Shown here: piece after piece, positions 57,217-64,000 of the stretch
Position numbering within the stretch: position 1 is the stretch's first letter
Layout: the number at the start of each line of letters is the position of its first letter
NCBI GenBank assembly: GCA_000182565.2
Contig: KQ257451.1
Reading direction: 5' to 3' (one strand)
Length of the DNA stretch: 64,000 nt
From: Spizellomyces punctatus DAOM BR117
Taxonomy: Eukaryota
Translations under genes and position numbers: made by a program
Notes under the pieces: generated by a model
What the model saw: the letters and a program-made list of their open reading frames with translations, nothing else
What the model was told of the DNA's origin: nothing
Databases searched by the model: none

Positions 57217-58913
57217 TCTTGAAGGATGCTAACTGGGAAGAAACTACCTACACGCATAATCACTTCACCAGTCAGTATTCCAGTCACAAATCCAATGAAG
57301 TCACAGAAATACTCTTACCCATCGTTCATCCACATCTTCACCCGCCTATCTCAAACAATCAGCCTATATCCACAGTGTAAGAAACCCAAAGCACACAACC
57401 TCAATGCCCTCAGCAGCTACCGCAAATCCCTCTACATCGGTATCAGTGTCGGAAGATACGGCAGATGGAATAGACGATGGGAGGTGGGAAACAGAGCGTT
57501 GGGCAATCATGGTGAGTAAAATATCGCAGCAGCATCAGAGCTGCTTAACGCGTCTGATCGTGATTACGTAATATGGATATGCGGGGTAGATTCCATTATC
57601 GAATATTTACTTCTTGCCCTTTTATGCTATTTCGAAGTCGGCATCCGTGTCGCGCTGTTACCCAAGTATGTAGGACGTCAAATGTATGGAGCTACACAGC
57701 ATCTCAAACAGAATTTGTACGGTGGCTGGCAGAGAATATTGAAAATGCGTCGGTCGTGCGCTACATGCAAAAATAATTCAATCGTTCAGTAATAGGTATT
57801 TGTCCACTATATCACTGATAGCTTTCGTCACATTCGAGAGAGTCTCAAAATGTAGTTATATTTCAAGAAGGCTTAGCTGAACGAATAATGAAAACTAAAT
57901 CTGCTATTTTAGGTTGATATCGAAAATTCAGGGAAGAACAAAACAAGTTAGCGATAAGAGCAGCGACAGAATGACAGCTCGCACACGAGTAATATCTCTA
58001 TATCCTCATTTCAGCAAATATGGAATCGAAATTTGTGAGTTCAACTGAAGGATGGCGAAACTCTTATTAGTCGGTCACTCTCCGCGTCGCGGAGATCGCT
58101 TGGGTAAGCCAGTTTGATCACTTGTCCACCCCATAATTCTTGGTGAGCGAGATCGTGCTCAACGTACAAATAGTTCCCCCAACTTAAGATTGTTTGCAGG
58201 CATGGGACACAATCACGGGCAAAAAACGAGCTTCCTCTCTACCAATTTTGCAGACCCCCACTTGGATTCAGCGGCCGTATTGCTTGGACTGAAAATCGCC
58301 AAATTTTTGAAGCGTACTTGGAAAGCTTTGAGTGGTCATAGTGACAATCGACTCAGATTTTGGTCTTGGATAACGGACAACCGGTTCACCAGCCGGATAC
58401 CCCAATAATCACGCAGGTCAGAATCAAAACGCAACAAGCATTAACCGATATTGCAGCACGAGGTAGGTCATTTTGATCGTGGCCGTCCGGACTCTGTAGT
58501 GTTATCTATATTCTATAGACTTGAGCGACATTGACTCACGTATTCTCCATACCCTACTAATTTGTACATCAGGATCGCATTTCCTATCCTATATCAATGC
58601 CTGCACATAACAAATAATAAAGATTCACATCGCTCGCATATCTATTATCCTACAACCTGTTCATCTTGATAAACATATTATTAATAGCGTTTGTTCATTC
58701 CCTGGTGTAGTAGCTAGTGCCAGTTTCTGTCACCTCTACACTATTATTAATATCGTTTGAGAAACTCTCCCCAGATGTAAATCTTTAGATGAACGCGTGC
58801 AAAAATTAAAAGATGACTAATTAGAAATTTTGAACTATCCTCACTATTCAAAAAGCCCAAGGACACTCGAACATCCATAGTGCAGGCCGCGTTGTTTCAT
58901 TGCAGCTGTTGAC

Positions 58914-61900
58914 ATGTCCAACGCATCGTGGTGCGATCCTGAATATGGCTGGCCTGCGGATGGGTTGGAGAGGTTACCCCCCTGCCAGGAAGAAACGTAT
59001 GTGTATCCCGACGAGTCACTATTGGTATTTTGTTTTACTCAATCTGCGAATAGTCTTCGACAGATTCCTTGGGCATTATTGTTTTTATTTGGAGTTCCGA
59101 GACTTGTCACGCTTTTGAGAGGTCCGTCTCCAGCTGTTCCACGCGGGACATTGTATTGGGGGAAATTGGTATGAAGAAAACCGCTGAGACTCTTGCAAGA
59201 AGGCCTTGCTCAAAAAAGAACGTTATTTAGACCCTGGCGTTCGTGCTACTAGTACTCCACGTTGGAGAATACCTCAACGCATACCTACAGGGATCGCTCT
59301 GCGATGGTCCGGAATATCTGTGCGCCCGCGTATCGTTTTGGTTGGGTGCTGCGGCTTTGTTGTTTGCAATTGTCTTGCACCATGAAGAACATTTGCGGTC
59401 GAGAGTGCCTTCGACAGTTTTGCTATTTTTCTGGCTCTTTACGTGAGGATTCGGTGTTCATTGTAGTGGCCGTGGATGCAGTTGCGGTAGACTTATTACT
59501 CTTACAGCGTCGTGGCAGGGATCGTCAAATTGAGAACCTTGGTGTTGGTTGGAGCATACGCACGAGATCAGGTCGGATTTGCCCTCTATGTGAGCTTTCT
59601 GGGATTAGCGATCTTTCTGTTTGGATTGGAGAACGTGCCCAAACCGGGGACGTATTATAGCAGTCTTGATGAGGACGTGGTATGCCTGTACATTTCCTGC
59701 TCATGAGGCGCTTTCAACTATTAACGTTTTTAAAGTCTGCCAGTCCGGAAGAAACCGCCAATATCTTTTCGCGGTTGACGTTCTTCTGGATGGATCCCCT
59801 GATGAAGCTTGGGTACCGAAAGAATCTGGACATGAATGATCTTTGGTCTGTTTCTCTTGAGCACGAACAACATTCTCCTTCATCGCTCATGTATATTGCA
59901 GGAATCTGAAGCGAAGTGATCGTTCAGCCGTCACCGGTGGCATGTTTCAAGCAGCCTGGGAGGAAGAATTGATGAAAAAGAGGTATGCGGCGCACATTGT
60001 GAAGAAGGGTCAACCGTTTGCTGATGTTCGTTTCAGGCCGTCTTTACTGAGAGCGTGCGTCAAGACATATGGACTTCCATTTGGATCCGCCGCGATTTTC
60101 AAAGCTGCACAGGACATCATGGCGTTTATTCAGCCGGTAGGGTTTATCTGTTGAGGTTTCTTTAAATGCGTAATGATCCTGATGGACGTCCGATGTACAG
60201 ATTTTTTTAAAGCAGCTGGTATGGACAAGATTGTTCGATGTGTTGTTGCTGGCGTCACTGACTGTGCGGAATAGATGGATTTTGCTAGGAGTTGGTCCGA
60301 TGGCGATTCTACCCAGGAACGACAACCAATCAACCGTGGTTTCATGATTGCCGGTAGGCCCGTTGCACACGCTTCGAACGCACGAGTACGGTGCTAATGC
60401 ACTCTCCGTTAGGATTGATGCTTCTGACGGCTGTTACGCAAACCATTATGCTGCACCAGTATTTTCACATTTGTTTAGTGACTGGGATGCGAGTGCGTTG
60501 CGCTGGCTTGTGCTTTGCTGGACATACAATTGAGGCTCATGTTTTTTTCGTAGATGCGCTCAGCCATGGTTACCGCCGTTTACCGCAAATCCCTTGTTCT
60601 GTCAAGTGTTGCAAGACAAAGTTCCACCGTGGGTGAGATTGTGAATCTGCAGAGTGTTGATGCGTCTGTGAGTCTTCGGTTGTGCACTTTAAAATGTTCT
60701 GGGCACCAACTCACTTCGGGATATGATTTGATTTGTCGGTTAGCGCTTGAGCGATCTTTGGTAGGTTACTGACCGAATGCAGCTTTATGAGTGCTATTTT
60801 GGCTGATTCCGGGGTTGATTGTGGAAGCTCGTATTTGCACATCATGGTTGGTACCAGTTGCGTTCATTCTTGTGTCGTGTAGCTGCGTTTGCTGACTTCC
60901 TCCTGTTTCCTTGCCTCTCAGTGGTCAGGTAACGAATTTGTTCACTATACCGTGCCAAAGATGAGGCGGACTCATCGTGCTTGTAGGTCCTTTCCAAATT
61001 GCCATGGCGATCTTTTTCCTGTACCAGACACTCGGGCCATCTATCTTCGCCGGGGTAGCTGTGATGGTACGTCGTGTTACCGTCGTTTACATGGCTTGTG
61101 TGGTGTTGCTCAGTTACGTCTTTGCAGATTCTCATGGTCCCCGTTAACGCCTACTTGGCCACGAGATCGCGCACGTTAAACAAAGCTCAAATGGCGAACA
61201 AAGACACGAGGACAAAAATGATGGTAGGGCACGGTATATCGTCTCTATCCGAGTGACGCCTTCTCATGTTGATTTTCAGGATGAGTTACTCAATGGAATC
61301 AAAGTGATAAAACTTTACGCATGGGAGCGCCCCTTTCTGAAAAAAATCTACAAAGCGCGTGAAGCAGAGTTGGATACGTTGAAGAAGCTGGGATATCTAT
61401 CTGCATTCCAGAGGTTCGCACCGCACCCAGTACCCTGATTCTTCAACTTTAAAACTGATTGTATTCATATAGTTTCACATGGGCGTGCACACCCTTCCTC
61501 GTCTCCTTTGTTTCCTTCGCGGTCTATACGTTAATATCCGATGAACCCCTGACATCGGGCAAAGTATTTGTATGCATTTCACTCTTCAATCTTCTCCAGT
61601 TCCCTTTGGCCGTTTTCCCGAGTGTCATATCAGCTGTGATTGAGGCTTCAGTGTCATTCAACAGGCTGTACAAGTTTTTGAGGAATGAGGTGAGATTGTG
61701 ATCGGCTTCGTCTGCTGGATATGGACATTGGAGTCACACAGTTTTCTTTTGATAGGAGCTCGACAGGAACGCAGTAATTTACGAAACAGTGGTTTTTCAG
61801 CCCACATCTGGAAAGGCACAGCGGGTGGTGGTAGAGAATGCTACATTCCAGTGGAGTAAACAGGGAACACCTGTTCTCGAAGACATCTCATTCCGGGTTA

Positions 61901-64000
61901 GCGATGGACAATTGTTTGCTATCGTGGGCAGCGTTGGTGCAGGAAAGTCAAGTGTTATTGCGGCACTCCTCGGTGAGATGTATAAAATTAAAGGCGACGT
62001 CCGGCTGCGTGGGTCGGTCGCCTATGTGCCGCAGAATGCGTGGATCATGAATGCGACTTTGAAGGAAAACATCCTCTTTGGACGGCCTTTTGATGCTCAC
62101 TTCTATGATGAGGTCATCAAAGCTTGTGGCCTTAAGGCGGATTTGGAGATTCTACCTGGAGGGGACGAAGTTGAGATTGGAGAACGGGGCATCAACTTAT
62201 CAGGTGGACAGAAGCAGCGGGTGTCATTGGCTCGTGCGGTATATTCTCGGGCAGATATCTACTTGTTTGATGATCCACTCTCCGCAGTTGACGCGCATGT
62301 TGGGCGCCACATTTTCAACAATGTCGTTGGACCCAACGGATTGCTACAAACCAAGGCGCGAATTTTTGTCACGCACGGTATACATTTCCTTCCAGAAACC
62401 AACGAAGTCATGATGCTTCAAGAAGGTCGAATTTGCGAACTTGGTGCGTTTACTGATGTAATGGCTCGTGAAGGACCCTTGTACACCTTGATGAAGGAGT
62501 ATGGCAAGCGTCGTGATGAAGATGAAGGTGTCGAGGACGACGAAGCGGACGATGTTGTCCCTCCCGTCGGGTCCGTTGGAAGTCTGGCGGAGAAACCTCG
62601 TTCCCGGCGCACCTCGAACGTGAAAGGCTCTCACACGCAACTGGATAATGCTGCCGCGTTGAAAAAGTTACCGACACCCATAAATTCTCTCATGACCAAA
62701 GAAGAAAGCGCAGTCGGCTCCGTTTCATGGGACGTTTACTCAGCCTACGCAAAAGCGTGTTCAGTCCGCATGGTTGTCGCCTACCTCATCATTGCAGTTC
62801 TTTCGCAAGTTCTAAGTGTTGCACAAAATGTATATCTGGCGGATTGGGCCGCGGAAAACGATAGAATGGAATCGCACGTTTTAGGAGGAGCTCGGAATGA
62901 CCATGTCTTGAAGAGATTGGCTGTGTATGGTGGTCTAGGATTCACGTACTCTTTTACAATTATTGGGCAAGTCATTTTTGTGTGGGTTGCTTGTGGAATT
63001 CGGTATGTATCTTGATGTGTCGGCTGGTTTACGCCATTGAAGCTAATTTATTTGATAGATCTGCTCGATTACTCCACACGCAAATGCTGGAGAACATTGT
63101 TCGGTATGCACTTCAAATAACGTATTGCCGCTGAGATACGCACTGCTTACATGTATACCTTGTAGACTGCCCCAATCCTTTTATGACACAACCCCTCTTG
63201 GACGCGTCATGAACCGATTCTCAAAAGACCAGTACACGGTGGACGAAGTTCTCCCGAGAGTCTTTCAAGGATATTTCAGAACCCTATTTGCAGTGCTCTC
63301 GGTTATTGCTGTGAATCTGATGGGATCTCCCATGTTCTTGCTGTTTGCGATACCGCTAAGTGAGTCGCCACATACCCTTGGCGTGTTGCAATTGGCGGCC
63401 GGATGTTGATCTTTCTGTTCTTTCTAGGTATCTTGTATGCGTACTTCCAACGGTTTTACCTCTCCACCTCTCGGGAACTGAAGCGGCTTGTATGTGGAAA
63501 ATTGTTAACGCCTTCCTTGCAATGGGTACTCATAAAGTCTTGTATAGGACTCAACGTCTCGATCCCCTATATACGCCCACTTTTCGGAAACTCTAGGCGG
63601 CGTATCCACTATCCGTGCTTATAAGCAGGAACCACGCTTTATGCACACTAACGAATCGAAAGTGGATGACAATATGAGGGCTTATTATCCTAGTATTGGC
63701 TCTAATCGCTGGTGTGTATCGCGTTTACTCGCGGCTTGTGGATGGGATTGGACGCCTGATCTCGTTGTTGCGTGCTTGTTGTTGTACAGGTTGGCGGTCC
63801 GACTCGAGTTTATTGGATCGTTGATTGTCTTTGGATCGGCGCTGTTTAGTGTGCTTACTATTATGATTCAGGGACACATTTCGGCTAGGTAAGAGTTGGT
63901 CGTCCTTTGGGCTTGTTGTGGGTCAGTGGCTAATGTCCAATATATTTTAGTATTGTCGGGCTGATGATTACCTACTCGCTAAAGTGAGTGAACGTGGAGT
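58914..64000 (+). CDS. ABCC/MRP-family ABC transporter, Ycf1-like (truncated at the window end)
   Basis: TMD0, SPEETANIFSRLTFFWMDPLMKLGY, ELLNGIKVIKLYAWE, Walker A GSVGAGKSS, LSGGQKQRVSLARA, DDPLSAVDAHVGRHIF and FYDTTPLGRVMNRFSKD. Many short introns. Confidence 0.95.

Noticed and set aside
58914-64000. ABC transporter as the PKS cluster exporter
   Set aside because: It looks like the housekeeping Ycf1/MRP type, is separated from the PKS by CCDC13 and lies outside the compositional domain; only co-expression could rescue the idea.

Overview
Gene-dense, intron-rich eukaryotic DNA from a fungus. It is most likely a zoosporic (chytrid-type) fungus, inferred from a pentafunctional AROM and a class V myosin occurring together with a CCDC13-like ciliary gene. 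In order, the window holds: the 3' end of an unknown ORF, SPT8, RNase H2A, ARO1, a U1 snRNA gene (missed by the ORF track), a Ulp2/SENP6-7-like SUMO protease, FRG1, an F-box-like orphan, a hairpin-dense intergenic segment, a DUF6625-like DxD membrane protein, a Kic1/Nak1-like Ste20 kinase, a BLOC1S1-like small gene, myosin V, a PPR protein, a 126-N gap, HINT3, RNase H1, a BCL7-like gene with a GC-AG intron, a head-to-head pair of paralogous PH-domain genes, a stand-alone highly reducing PKS ending in a thioester-reductase domain, CCDC13, and a Ycf1/MRP ABC transporter cut by the window end. The main leads are the orphan HR-PKS-R, the BCL7-like gene, the candidate structured RNA near 19.6-19.8 kb, and a central ~33 kb domain with microsatellites and oscillating G/T versus C/A skew. 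All calls come from motif recognition and manual splicing; no database searches were run.
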